This document shows, in pieces, positions 12,910 to 25,008 of a DNA stretch of 64,000 nucleotides. Every line of letters starts with the position of its first letter. Position 1 is the stretch's first letter. Origin of the DNA: Eledone cirrhosa (taxonomy: Eukaryota); NCBI GenBank assembly GCA_964016885.1, contig OZ024741.1, positions 263,438,001 to 263,502,000 on the forward strand, read 5' to 3'. A model generated the notes under the pieces. It was not told the origin of the DNA. It did not search any database and saw only the letters and a program-made list of their open reading frames with translations. Both the position numbers and the translations under genes were made by a program.

Positions 12910-13087
12910 TGTTAAATATAATAAGTAAACCCAACATCCAAAGAATATTTTAGCATCCATTTGCAGTTTATCCCAGCTTGTGAAGATTTAAATCTAATTT
13001 CGTGTAAGTTCTTAAATTTGGTCTTAAATACTACATGCACTTATAAGGTAAATAATGGGAGTTTTTTTAATTGTTATTTATTATTTG

Positions 13088-13245
13088 GACTGGCAATAAT
13101 TGGTTAGAGTGTTGGACAACATGCTCTGTTGCATAGAGTTACCACCCTTTACATTCTGAGTTAAAATCCCGCTGAAGTTAGCTTTGCCTTTCATCCTTAC
13201 GGGATCGATAAAATAAAGTACCAGTAATGAACTGGTATCGATTTA
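13088..13245 (+). mobile_element. Nin-like SINE
   Basis: Family core CTTTGCCTTTCATCCTTACGGGATCGATAAAATAAAGTACCAG. Confidence 0.7.
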
Positions 13246-13509
13246 ATGATGATGGTGGTGTACTAAAAGAGGTGGTGGATTAGAGGTGGACTAGAAGCAG
13301 GGGGTGAAGTGAAGGATAGTGGAATGGAGAAGGGGTGGACAGGAGGGAGGGGCTGTACTAAAGGACGTGGTGGAATTGGGGTAGAGGAGGGTGCACAGGA
13401 GGTAGAGGGTGGAATGGAGGAGACTTTGAAATTACAAAACCCTGCACTAAATACTCCGACGTTTCATAGTACAACATCTGTTGTCTCGTAGTAGAGTGGT
13501 TATAACTGT

Positions 13510-13740
13510 GGCGGCGGCGGCAACAACAACAACAGCAGTAGCAGCAACAACAGCAGCATCAGCAACAACAGCGGAAACAGTAGTAGAAGCAACAACAACG
13601 ACAGAAGCAGCAACAGCAACAGTAACAACAGCAACAAAAACAGCAACAACAACAACAGCAGCAACAGTCACAGCACTAGCAGGCGCAACAACAACAACAA
13701 CAGCAGCAACAGTCACAGCAACAACAACAACAACAGTTGG

Positions 13741-13774
<34 letters not shown>

Positions 13775-13862
13775 GCAACAGTAGCAACAATAACAGCAAC
13801 ACCAAGAACAGCCGCAACCAGAAAAACAACAGAAACAGCAGCAGCAATAACAATAGTAGCAG
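13510..13862. repeat. Imperfect (CAA/CAG)n microsatellite
   Basis: Triplet low-complexity run. Confidence 0.9.
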
Positions 13863-13928
13863 TCCTAACCTTAATTGACCTTAATTAGAATGATAGTTAA
13901 AGCTAACCTCGATATGATTTGAGCCCGT

Positions 13929-14148
13929 CTCTTCTTGTTCTTGTTCTTGTTGTTCTTCTTCTTCTTGCGAGGGTTGTGGGGGGAAGAGTCCTCAAACGTT
14001 CTTTCTAGTGGGTCCTGTCAGAAACAATTGTCTCCAACTGATCTAGCTGGATCCCCAAGTGACACCAGCCGAGTTCTTAGATGTTATCCAACCGTCTTGC
14101 TCGGGGGTCAATCCCTGGGTTTCCTGTCGGCTGGTTTTGCCCGTCACA
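13929..14148 (-). mobile_element. 5'-truncated RTE-clade LINE 3' end
   Basis: The minus strand reads RAKPADRKPR..PRARRLDNI*ELGWCHLGI..ETIVSDR..LRTLPPQP (RTE C-terminal RPRxRW-like motif), followed by a (GAA/CAA)n tail. Confidence 0.7.
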
Positions 14149-14192
14149 CAAAGACACACACGCACACATATATATGTGTTTGTGTGACATAG

Positions 14193-14330
14193 CATTGTAA
14201 TCACATGGTTTTAGGTTCAGTCCCACTGCGCAGCACCTTGGACAAGTGTTTCCTACAACAGATTCCAGTTGACTAATGTCTTGTCAGTGGAATTTAGTAG
14301 AAGGAAGCTGTGTGGAAGTCCGTTGTTAAC
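14193..14330 (+). mobile_element. Octopus-type SINE fragment
   Basis: GGTTCAGTCCCACTGCGCAGCACCTTGGACAAGTGT..GTGGAATTTAGTAGAAGGAAGCTG resembles an abundant octopus SINE (recalled, not searched). Confidence 0.55.
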
Positions 14331-14379
14331 ATACATACGTATAAGTTCAGCCAGACGGAGAAGAGTGGTAGTGTTGGGG

Positions 14380-15880
14380 TAAGGGGTAGGGGGTAAATTA
14401 AAAAATGTTGGAGAGCGCGGAGGCCATCATCATGAGGGATGACGGTAAAGAGAGAAGTGATGATCAGGGTAAAGAGAAGGCGGGAGGGACCAGGAGAAAG
14501 AGTTGAAGAGTCTAAGGGCATGATTTGTATCGTGGATGTGGGAGGGGAGATTGCCGACCAACGGGGCGAGGATGGTGTCTAAATATTCAGAAATTATCTC
14601 GGTAGGGCAGTTGCACGCAGAAACGATAGGAAGGCCAGGATTATTTTGTTTGTGTATTTTGGGAAGGAAGTATATGGAGGGTGTGCGACGGGTGCATACA
14701 ACGGTTGGTAGCTGTGGGGGGTAGGTGAGAGGAGGAGATGAGCTCGTGGATGGTGGAGGACACGAGTTGTTGGTAACCAGGAGTGGGGTCGGAGGATAAA
14801 GGGCGGTAAAAAGGGTATTGTGAAGCTGGCGGAGAGCCTCAGCCCTATAGAGGTCAGCGCACCAAACCACCACAGCGCCACCTTTGTCAGCGGGTTTGAT
14901 GATAATGTCATCGCGACGCCGAAGGTTGCGAAGAGCGTGATGTTAGAGCGACGAGAACGCTGCGCCGGCAAGTATCGACAAAGGAGTCGAGGGTGCTGAA
15001 CTGGCCAGAGCTCGGCGTCCAATGTGATTGCCGGCGACTGAGACGAGTGAAGTCATCCGTCTGTGTTGATGATGGCGTGTCGTGAAAAAAAGCTTTCAGC
15101 TTTAATCGACGGAAGAACCCTTCAATCTCAGCACGTGTACGGGACTCGTCGCAGGTAGATGTGGTTAGTATAAAACGCAAACCACGGGCAAGGAGGGAGC
15201 GCTCAGCTTCGGAGAGTGGTCGGTCCTAGGGTATGGTGACTACAGTGCAAGGACATGAGGGAGGGAAAGAGGTAGATGCGGAGGGGTCAAGGTAGTGAAG
15301 CAAAGCGTGTGCAGATTCAGTGGTGGGGAGAGGAAATGGGGTGGTAGGTGACGGGATGGAGGGGTAGAGTTGGAGGTGATATAAGTATGAGTGGTGACGG
15401 CAGGGGGGAGCGGAGAGAGTCGAGTTTATGGTTTTTTATGGAAGTGAGGAAATTGAAAAGGAGGCGATTGAGGTAAAGGATGAATTGGCTAAGGGATTGG
15501 GCGAGGAAAGGGTGGCAAGTGGAGGAGAGATGGAGGTAGGCCTTGGGGAGATCTCGGTCGAGAGAACGGATTTGGGCGAGAGTTGATCGAATGGTCGCCC
15601 GCATGAGATGACGAGAGGAGCGGGTAAGGATGGGCTCAGTGGTGGGAGCAGAGTAAGAGGTGGGGTGAAACTTGAGGCGGAAACCGCGAGGAATGAGGTG
15701 GTGGTGGAGAGAGCGACTTAAAAATGTGATGTGACTGTTGTATCGTGTTTTGGTGAAGATGAGGTTGGAGAGATGCAGGGAGGATTGGATGTATATGGGG
15801 GGGGGGGCTGGAGGAAGCGCTTGAGAGTAGAATGGAGCTGGCGGAGAAAAGATTTGAGATTGGGCATATTGAAGGTACTA
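14380..15880 (-). pseudogene. PLE ORF N-terminal region and RT start
   Basis: IPRGFRLKF, LSEAERSLLARGLRF, IEGFFRRLKLKAFF, IIIKPADKGGAVVVW, IYFLPKIHK..PIVSACNCPTE..YLD and SLFTVIPHDDGL, frameshifted. Confidence 0.9.
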
Positions 15881-16092
15881 GGGTGCGAGTAAAAAATAGA
15901 CGGGTGAGAAGAATGTAGTAGAGGAAAAGTGGTAGAGAGTCGTGGAATATTTAAATGCAAGAAGCAAAGAAAATTTCAATGATACGAAAGATTTCCTGGT
16001 GGAAGTTCAGGTGTACTCCGGGTTGGTATCCAGTTTCGGGGTGAAAATCCAATTAGAAAATCCAACTAATTTTGAGAGGTCCACGTAAGCGT

Positions 16093-16167
<75 letters not shown>

Positions 16168-16242
16168 AAAAAATAACAACACAATCGGTACAATATATGG
16201 AAGGGATAAAGTAGGTTAATGCTTGATATAGCAGGAAGAGAG

Positions 16243-16282
16243 TATTAACATTTCGGACGCTAGTCCTTCATCAGAAGAAAGA
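16243..16282 (-). ncRNA. Hammerhead ribozyme motif in the PLE pLTR
   Basis: Minus strand TTCTT-CTGATGA-aGGAC TAGC GTCC-GAAA-TGTTAA; stem I is weak in this copy. Confidence 0.65.
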
Positions 16283-16657
16283 ATGAGAAATAAGATAGAT
16301 TGAAGAGACGGGTGGGATGGAATTGGAAAAAATGTCTTTAGATAAAAATAACAGGTCCATTCATGTTGACATCTCTTACAAAACTGTTGGTGCTGGCGTT
16401 TTGTGTATAATTTATTTTTTAGAAAAGTGGATGATGGAGCGCGTCTACCTGAAATGGAAAAAAATAACCGTTTTGTAAAAAGAGCTATACTTGTGCACGT
16501 GCGTAAGCATGTGTTTGTGTGTGTGTATATGAGTAAAAGAGTGTGTGTGCATGTAAGTACGAAGCTATTAGCAAAAGTATGTTAATATAATGGTGTGTAT
16601 GTGTGTATACAGAGCAGTGAATGGAAAAGTGGAGTGAGCATATATAGTCGGCATGTA

Positions 16658-17330
16658 TTAGTTGTAAGAGAAGCTGCTAATGATCAAGAGAAAGCGATAG
16701 GAATCTAAGGGTGTGACAATGGACGGAGTATTAGAAAAATTGGGAGGTGAGTTGAGTCCAAGAGGGGAATAAGACCCAAGACGGTGAATCAGACTTTGTT
16801 CAGTCCTGGTGCGCGAGGCCTGTGATCCATGATGTAATAGGAGACCCAGGACTGAAACATGTAGGGAAGAATGACCAGGAGAACAGAAATGACGGGCGAC
16901 AGGAGTATCCAAACCGAGTCGTATGTCCCTCAAATGTTCGGCAAAACGGTCCGCCATACGGCGTCCCGTTTGTCCGATATATAAAGCCCCGCAAAGGGAA
17001 CACCGGAGGGCGTAGACAACGTGGGTGGATGTGCAGGTGAAGGAATGGCGGATACGGAAAACCCGTTAGGGCCTGTAAGAGTGGTGAGGGTGGAAATAAA
17101 GGGAGAAGTGTTGCAGCGTGAACGGGAACAAGGATGAGAGCCGGGTGGAGTCGTAGGAGAGGACGAAAAGTAACTGCGAACCAGGAAGTTGCGGGCGCGC
17201 TTAAAAGCAGTAATGGGCGAGTTTGGAAAAAAGCGAGAAGTGACGGGGTCAGAAGAGAGGATACGGAAGGAACAGAGGATATGTCGCCGGAGTGGTAGGG
17301 TGATGAGTGGTAGGTGAGAGGGAAAGGAAC
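16658..17330 (-). pseudogene. PLE C-terminal Cys-rich linker and GIY-YIG endonuclease
   Basis: HPCSRSRCNT, VVYALRCSLCGALYIGQTGRRMADRFAEHLRDIR..PVARHF..EQSLIHRLGSYSPLGLN, with a frameshift. Confidence 0.9.
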
Positions 17331-17361
<31 letters not shown>

Positions 17362-17681
17362 CAAATGAATATATGATAGGGATAAACACTAATACAAGTA
17401 TATAAGTGTTTGTATTGCAAATGACCAAGTTAGCTAGAATGAAAAATACTAATTAAAATAATACAGTTTGCCTGTCTCGATTTAAAATAATAAATCAATA
17501 AAAACAAACCTATATTGGCAATAGCCGTGATACCTGGACAAATTTAAATTTCAAATTTTAAATCTGTTTCGCAACAATTAAGTGAAATTTCCTATTCCTG
17601 TGCTCTTCTGCAGGTATCCAGAAATTGGTAATTTTCACTTCAAAATACTTAGGAAGACTGAGAGAAATGTGTTGTTGAACG

Positions 17682-17719
<38 letters not shown>

Positions 17720-18315
17720 CCGAGCCTAGCAATTAATTAGTTAATTCAATTAGACAATTCTATTGACTAATTAATTGCTTAAGTTTATTTAAAAACAACC
17801 CGGTTTAGAGCTTACTTCGATCTGTGCAGTTTTTTGCAATTTTTGCAATACGTTTACACATTTTGACTGCATCCGCCAAAAACTGGGGTTACCTCCCTTG
17901 CAGGGTAAACACGTGGGGTAATCACGTCACTAATACTGCATTGGAACCCGGTAGCCGGCTGAGAACAAAATACCTGTTGACGAAATGGCTATCTTGTTCG
18001 ATCGTTATACCAAAATCTTACAACGAGAGCAGGCAGTATAATTGATTTAGGTGTCACAAAAACGTCCCACTGGATTTTCCCAACACTTTCCAGAAGGTCC
18101 AGGTAAATTCTTTTGTTAACCTGTTTAGCTTGCTTCGTTTTTTTTTGGCTCCGGTGGCTGATGACTTCACGACCACTGTTTTCATTTTATCTAGCCTTTA
18201 TAACGAATGTTAATTGCTCTGGTCTTCTTTTAGTCCATTGAGCGCTTGCCGCATATCTCGAGGATTGCATTTCGTTTTGTTTTTGGCCCCCGCCGAAATA
18301 CGATCTCGCTGAAAT

Positions 18316-18320
<5 letters not shown>
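17720..18320. repeat. Unclassified interspersed repeat between (TA)n tracts, related to ~20900-21145
   Basis: Shared blocks TGGATTTT..CAAC..TTCCAG..GGTCC.GGTAAATT and CATTGAGC.CTTGCCGCA.ATCTCG..GCCGAAAT.CG..ATCTCG. Confidence 0.55.
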
Positions 18321-18370
<50 letters not shown>

Positions 18371-18422
18371 TATATATATATAATATATATATATATATAA
18401 TATATATATATATATAATATAT

Positions 18423-18471
<49 letters not shown>

Positions 18472-18525
18472 ATATATATATACATATATATATATTTATA
18501 TATATATATATTATATATATATATA

Positions 18526-18696
18526 TCGGTAGAGGGTCGGACGCCATGCTTTGAAGCATAGAGTTACTTCCCTGTATGATCTGAGTTCAAACCCCGCCGA
18601 GGTTAACTTTGCCTTTCATCCTTACGGGGTCGATAAAATAAAGTACCAGTAATGCACTGGGTAATTGCTGGCCTTGTGGCAAAAGTAGAAACAATT
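18526..18696 (+). mobile_element. Nin-like SINE
   Basis: Head, B-box, core and tail present. Confidence 0.8.
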
Positions 18697-18931
18697 ATAT
18701 ATATATATATGTGTGTATTTGTGTCCCGGGTTCAATCGGGAGTAACCACAGTAAGTGAAGTACTTAATACATTAGTAGAATATACACAAAATTTAATATA
18801 GAAATGGCTTCTACATGACTAGAACTGTTTCATTGGAAAGAAATCATCAGGGCTTTCCTGGTGATTTCTTTCGAATTAAACAATTCTAGTCCTGTAGAAG
18901 CCATATTCGTTGCTTAAACTTTAATCTGTTA

Positions 18932-18970
<39 letters not shown>

Positions 18971-18974
<4 letters not shown>

Positions 18975-19152
18975 GTTTCTACTTTTGGCACAAGGCCAGC
19001 AATTACCCAGTGCATTACTGGTACTTTAATTTATCGACCCCGTAAGGATAAAAGGCAAAGTTAACCTCGGCGAGATTTGAACTCAGGTCGTAAAGCGCCG
19101 TAACTCTATGTTGCAAAGCACGGCGTCCGACCCTCTACCGATTCTGCCAATC
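18971..19152 (-). mobile_element. Nin-like SINE, inverted relative to 18526-18696
   Basis: Reverse complement of the family consensus. Confidence 0.8.
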
Positions 19153-19163
19153 GATATAATATC

Positions 19164-19310
<147 letters not shown>

Positions 19311-20140
19311 ATGTATGCGTGTGTATTCTTAAGCTGTTTACACACGACCTCATTTCTCTCAGCGGTTAGACGAGTTGCCACTCGTTCTGTGTCCTCACTT
19401 CGTATGACTATAGTCCAAATTATTTCTATATCTCTCTTCTTGGATAAACTATTGCACACCGTGTTTTTATTTCTTCCTTTTCAGTTGAATCAAGTTGGTT
19501 TGTAGGATTTCGGGGTGGGGGTGGGGGTACTTTATTTGTATAATTCGTCGAAATGTACAATCTATTCTATGTATGCAAGTTTTGTTCTGTTACAGTCCTC
19601 TGTGCACTGGTATGAATAGTCTCGACTTTAAATAACCGAAACTATAAGGGTTTCCAGAAGTTGACTGAAGAAAAGAAACTTTTTTTTTCTTGTCTTTGTC
19701 TTATGCGCCCTCCGTTTTTGATTCCTATTCGATATGGTCTTAACTACGTGGGTCTTTTTAACTTACACACACGCACAAACAAACACACACACACACACAC
19801 ATATATATATAAGAAATGCCCAAGACCAGATTGAGCATCCTCCTTCTACGTTAACTTCCACCTCAACTGTCTCTTCTATGAACATAAGTTAGCCCCCCTT
19901 TATTAAATTATACTAGAGTTCTATCCCTTACTATACACAGAGATCATTTGCAATCCTCCTCCTCCTACATTTAGAACTTTTATATGTAAGGAGACACTTC
20001 GGAAGTTAATCCATCAAAACACGGCGAATTGAAAAGTTGGCATTACCTAACACGCCAACGAAACGCGCGTATTCGCGTTATGCAATTGCTGACCAATTTA
20101 ATTTAATTGTAACTCATACCATGGAGTGAGTGCTCCGTAC

Positions 20141-20247
<107 letters not shown>

Positions 20248-20334
20248 TTCTTATATATTTGATATATATTTTTCTTTATCGAGTCCTCTTTGGATTTTAG
20301 TCTTCAAAAATATATATATATATATATATATAAG

Positions 20335-20521
20335 GGCGGTGGATTGGCAGTATCAGTAGAGAGTCGGACGCCATGCTTTCCAGCATAGTTACGTCCCTTT
20401 ACGATCTGAGTTCAAATCCCGCCGAGGTTGACTTTGCCTTTCATCCTTACGGGGTCGATAAAATAAAGTACCAGTAATGCACTGGGTATTTGCTGGCCTT
20501 GTGCCTAAAGTAGAAACAATT
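20335..20521 (+). mobile_element. Near full-length Nin-like tRNA-derived SINE
   Basis: GGCGGTGGATTGGCAGTATCAG (A-box-like), GAGTTCAAATCCC (B-box), Nin-like core and tail, flanked by (TA)n. Confidence 0.85.
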
Positions 20522-20625
20522 ACTATATATATAGGTAAGGAACCAGATGGACCATAACGCACCAGAGTACTCAATACTTAGGGTAGTAGAGTGGGTAGAG
20601 CTCTGCCGTCGGGGTCATACATTTT

Positions 20626-20663
<38 letters not shown>

Positions 20664-20685
20664 AAAATGTATGACCCCGACGGGG

Positions 20686-20718
<33 letters not shown>

Positions 20719-22281
20719 CACAACTGAATTCATTCGCCTGATATAGGGGTTGCCTCCCTTGCCGATCCCCACGTGGGGTCAGCAATAGTCAGTCCTTGTA
20801 TTAACATTGAACTAAAACCTGTTGAGAAAGTGGCTTCCTTGTTCAATCATCTTACCAGAAGCCTGACATTATTTATGTAAGCGGACGGTACTTGATTTAG
20901 GAGCGGCAGAAACCCATATACTGGATTTTACCAACCTTCCAGGGGTCCGGGTAAATTTTCAATACCCGAATTACTTGATCGTTTTTTGGGGGGCTATGCG
21001 AATGATTGTTTAACCATCGTCTCAGTGTGTTTGGCCTTTAACGTTTGTTATAGCTCTGGTTCATCTGAATCATTGAGCACTTGCCGCACATCTCGGAGGT
21101 TGTTTTTCGTTATTTCGTGGGCCGAAATGCGAATCTCGATAATTTATGTTTATATATATATATATATATAAATAAAATAACAGGAGGCTGGACTGGTGTA
21201 AATCCTTGAAAAGTTTATTATACTATGATCATTTCAATGACCGGGTTCCGTATGAATCCGGTGATATCAGGTATTCGAAATATAACAAAGGAATATATAA
21301 AGTCCATGGGTCCGAAATCAGAGACAGAGAGGACGACTGACCAACTAGTTGCTTTCACCTCGGTCAGTCGCCCTCAAGTGATGGCAACTCGGTCTACTAA
21401 TGACCATCTGGTGAGGGGGCGAAGACTTATAATGTACTACCACCTGTCCGTCAGAGAATAAACAAAAAGAAGAAAGAAATAAGAAAAGTCAGCATAAGGG
21501 TCACACTACAGTCAAGCTAGAAGACGCCGCAAAAATGTTATTCCAAAGAACCCATATTTTAACAACGGGATATATATGGGTGTCTGTATGGTCTAATGTG
21601 TGAACAGAAAATTGGAACGTTAACTTATGTTACGAGTTATAGGATGAAATTAAATTATTAGAAAATTAATAGAAAATTAAAGGTTTGTGTTGCTAGATTT
21701 ATTTAATGTAATTACCGAGAGAGTCTTATATGAAAAAGTTTAAGTGTATTATAGGGAATCTCGATAAGTTATCAAGGTGGGATATAGAGTAAAGATAAAA
21801 GCCTTCGATCATAAATCCCAGCCAGCACCTCCTAACCACGTGTCAGCCAGTTTCGAGTGGTATCGTCTAGCGAAATAAATGGAAATTAATTTTTCCGAGT
21901 ACTCTAGGAACGTAGCTACCTTAGGCCCCGGGTGTGCTAGCGGGAAGTCAATCAGCTTCTACAGGCCATCGTCTATACCAAACGAATACTATTAATTCAC
22001 ACATGAGGGGTTTATTTACGTGCCAGCAGAGGAAGGCATGATACAGCTAACAGTTATGCCTAAGCCTAGAGTATAATGGAAAGTTCAGCCTTCCTTGAGT
22101 GCTTGGAAAATAAATGTTCCCCTCTTTCGGTAAACGAAACTACTCGGAGCGGATCGATTTGCCCTGGGGCCCGCTGCACCGCCTGTTTTAACCGCCACAT
22201 TATACTCATACCTAGAAACTCTAGGCTTAGGCATAACTGTTAGCTGTATCATGCCTCCTTGTGCTGGCACGTAAATAAACC

Positions 22282-24213
22282 TATAGCGAAGATACTGGGT
22301 TGCATGAACGTAACAAGGAATACATTGTTTGTGTGTATAATATTTAATTAACAATGGTAGATAGTATAGTTAGCATGTCAAAGAAATAGATGATAGAATG
22401 AAACAAAGTTAGTAGTTACCGTTTTGATTGCCAGGCAAACGCGGCTGGCAGAGGACGCCTGGCTAAGGCCAGGCGCCTGTTGGCCAAATGACAGGCAGAG
22501 CCAAATGAGAGGCTCTTGGCCTGGTGCGGAAAAGACAATGAGAGAGTGAGAACTTAGAGTTGTTAGTTTTATAGGGTTCTGACCGGAAGTTGCAGAAAGG
22601 GTTCTACTTCCCGTCTAGATGTTAAACCAAACAAGGGAGACAACCGCTACATAACCTCCCGCCAGAATTTTAGTGTATAAAAATCGAAATGAAAATATGT
22701 ACCAAGTTGGCGAGAATGTTGTAACAGGCATGAAAATTACGACAAAAGAATGTTTGCAAAAATCAATGATAGATATCAAGGTAGTAAAGTAAGAGAAGGG
22801 CTCAAAGTTCAAATGTACAAAATATAGTTCACAGGTGTGCAATCACATGACAGCAGGAAAGAAAGTGTGTTCCAGAGAATGAATGCAGGTGGTCTCTGTT
22901 CTGTGGTATATCGTGAAATTTCCAACCTCCGAATGGATTTTCTCACAGGAAGAGTGCTGCAAAAATAAATTCTCTGGCTTTGGTTGTTGGTGAAGCTGTG
23001 TTGATGTATTGCTGTTGCTGTTGCTGTTGCTGCTGTATTGCTGTTGCTGCTGCTGTTGCTGCTGTATTGCTGTTGCTGTTATATTGCTGTTGCTGCTGCT
23101 GCTGTTGCTGTTGTCTCGCTGAGTGAGCGTATTCGGTGTTTAAATTCACAGTAAAAAAAAAATTTTTTTTTTTTTTTTTTTTAGAAAAAATGAGTTGCGC
23201 AAAGTGCTAGAAATAGCAGCCGAAGTTGATGGTCGATGTTGAGAATGCGTTGACCTGGAAGGGTCAAGAGGCCAGCGACCAGAGAAATAAGCATTCTTAA
23301 TAAATGCGCGGTTATCAACGGTAAATTTACATTGTAAATTTATAAACCGGCAAATAGAAGAATATAGCTTAAGGCTGAAGAATCCTTGGCGAGAAATGTT
23401 ATCTCTGGCGTGCGGCTATCTCTGTGAGTCGAGGATTTGTGCTGCCTACACGTGCCAATACAAGGCTGAAAAAATAATATTTCTAACGCGCGAGAAAATG
23501 ATAGTGCAATTTTGAAAGTGACTATGATGAAAAAGAAAGGCTTCACTCAGCATAATTATTGGTGTGAACTTTGGAAAAAAAAACTTGAACGATGAAGAAA
23601 ACGATGTTTTGAAAGAGTTCGTTGTAAGAAACGAGAAACATATATATATATTGGTGAAATGCGACAGTTAGTTGATGCGTGAGAGAAAAAGTCTGTCTGT
23701 GCGAATTCCACATGTGCGTGTGTGCGTGTCCTTGAGTATTTTCATAGTTTGTCGATAAATTTGCTGTGCTATTTTTTCTTTTTTTGGGGTGACCACTTAT
23801 AGCGATGAACGGCTGCGTGTTCGTATCACGTCAGGGTTACCAATATAGCGAGAGTACTGGGTTGCATGAACGTAACAAGGAATACATTGTTTGTGTGTAT
23901 AATATTTAATTAACAATGGTAGATAGTATAGTTAGCATGTCAAAGAAATAGATGATAGAATGAAACAAAGTTAGTAGTTACCGTTTTGATTGCCAGGCAA
24001 ACGCGGCTGGCAGAGGACGCCTGGCTAAGGCCAGGCGCCTGTTGGCCAAATGACAGGCAGAGCCAAATGAGAGGCTCTTGGCCTGGTGCGGAAAAGGCAA
24101 TGAGAGAGTGAGAACTTAGAGTTGTTAGTTTTATAGGGTTCTGACCGGAAGTTGCAGAAAGGGTTCTACTTCCCGTCTAGATGTTAAACCAAACAAGGGA
24201 GACAACTGCTACA
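22282..24213 (-). mobile_element. Non-autonomous LTR retrotransposon (TRIM/LARD-like, 1932 bp)
   Basis: 370-bp LTRs at 22282-22651 and 23844-24213 (minus strand TGTAGC...GCTATA), 4-bp TSD AACC, PBS at 23811-23842, and PPT GGCGGGAGGTTA beside the 3' LTR. No gag/pol recognised. Confidence 0.9.
23811..23842 (-). promoter_or_regulatory. Primer-binding site complementary to the tRNA-Trp 3' end
   Basis: Plus strand GGCTGCGTGTTCGTATCACGTCAGGGTTACCA versus the metazoan tRNA-Trp end GGCTGCGTGTTCGAATCACGTCGGGGTCACCA (recalled); it lies 1 nt from the LTR. Confidence 0.8.
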
Positions 24214-24946
24214 AACCCCTCAGGTGTGAATTAATAGTATTCGTTTGGTATAGACGATGGCCTGTAGAAGCTGATTGACTTCCCGCTAGCACACCCGGGG
24301 CCTAAGGTAGCTACGTTCCTAGAGTACTCGGAAAAATTAATTTCCATTTATTTCGCTAGACGATACTACTCGAAACTGGCTGACACGTGGTTAGGAGGTG
24401 CTGGCTGGGATTTACGATCGAAGGCTTTTATCTTTACTCTATATCCCACCTTGATAACTTATCGAGATTCCCTATAATACACTTAACCTTTTCATATAAG
24501 ACTCTCTCGGTAATTTCATTAAATAAATCTAGCAACACAAACCTTTAATTTTCTATTAATTTTCTAATAATTTAATTTCATCCTATAATTCTTAACAAGT
24601 TAACGTTCCAATTTTCTGTTCACACATTAGACCATACAGACACCCATATATATCCCGTTGTTAAAATATGGGTTCTTTGGAATAACATTTTTGCGGCGTC
24701 TTCTAGCTTGACTGTAGTGTGACCCTTACGCTGATTTTTCTTCTTTCTTTCTTCTTTTTGTTTATTCTCTGACGGACAGGTGGTAGTACATTATAAGTCT
24801 TCGCCCCCTCACCAGATGGTCATTAGTAGACCGAGTTGCCATCACTTGAGGGCGACTGACCGAGGTGAAAGCAGCTAGTTGGTCAGTCGTCCTCTCTGTC
24901 TCTGATTTCGGACCCATGGATTTTATATATTCCTTTGTTATATTTC

Positions 24947-25008
24947 GAATATCTGATGATATCACCGGATTCATACGGAACCCGGTCATTGAAATGATCA
25001 TAGTATAA
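24947..25008 (+). ncRNA. Minimal hammerhead ribozyme motif in the fold-back right arm
   Basis: ATAT-CTGATGA (24953-24959), stem II (ACCGG/CCGGT), GAAA, palindromic ATGATCAT, then A-GTAT and AATAAA. The mirror copy at ~21220-21275 lacks 3 nt of the core. Confidence 0.65.

Larger units (their letters stand above)
14345..17330 (-). mobile_element. Penelope-like element (probably Neptune clade) in partial-tandem arrangement
   Basis: Minus-strand order: GIY-YIG end, 3' UTR with hammerhead, (CA)n(TA)n, then ORF N-terminus and RT start (truncated). Confidence 0.85.

Noticed and set aside
13447-13888. Mucin-like Thr/Ala-rich ORF
   Set aside because: It is a translation of a triplet microsatellite, with no gene context or splice evidence.
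21225-21461. Duplicated 78/79-aa gene (mirror at 24762-25001)
   Set aside because: No recognisable domain, and the duplication is explained by the inverted arms.
23811-23842. tRNA-Trp gene
   Set aside because: Only the 3' part with encoded CCA is present, next to an LTR, so it is a PBS.
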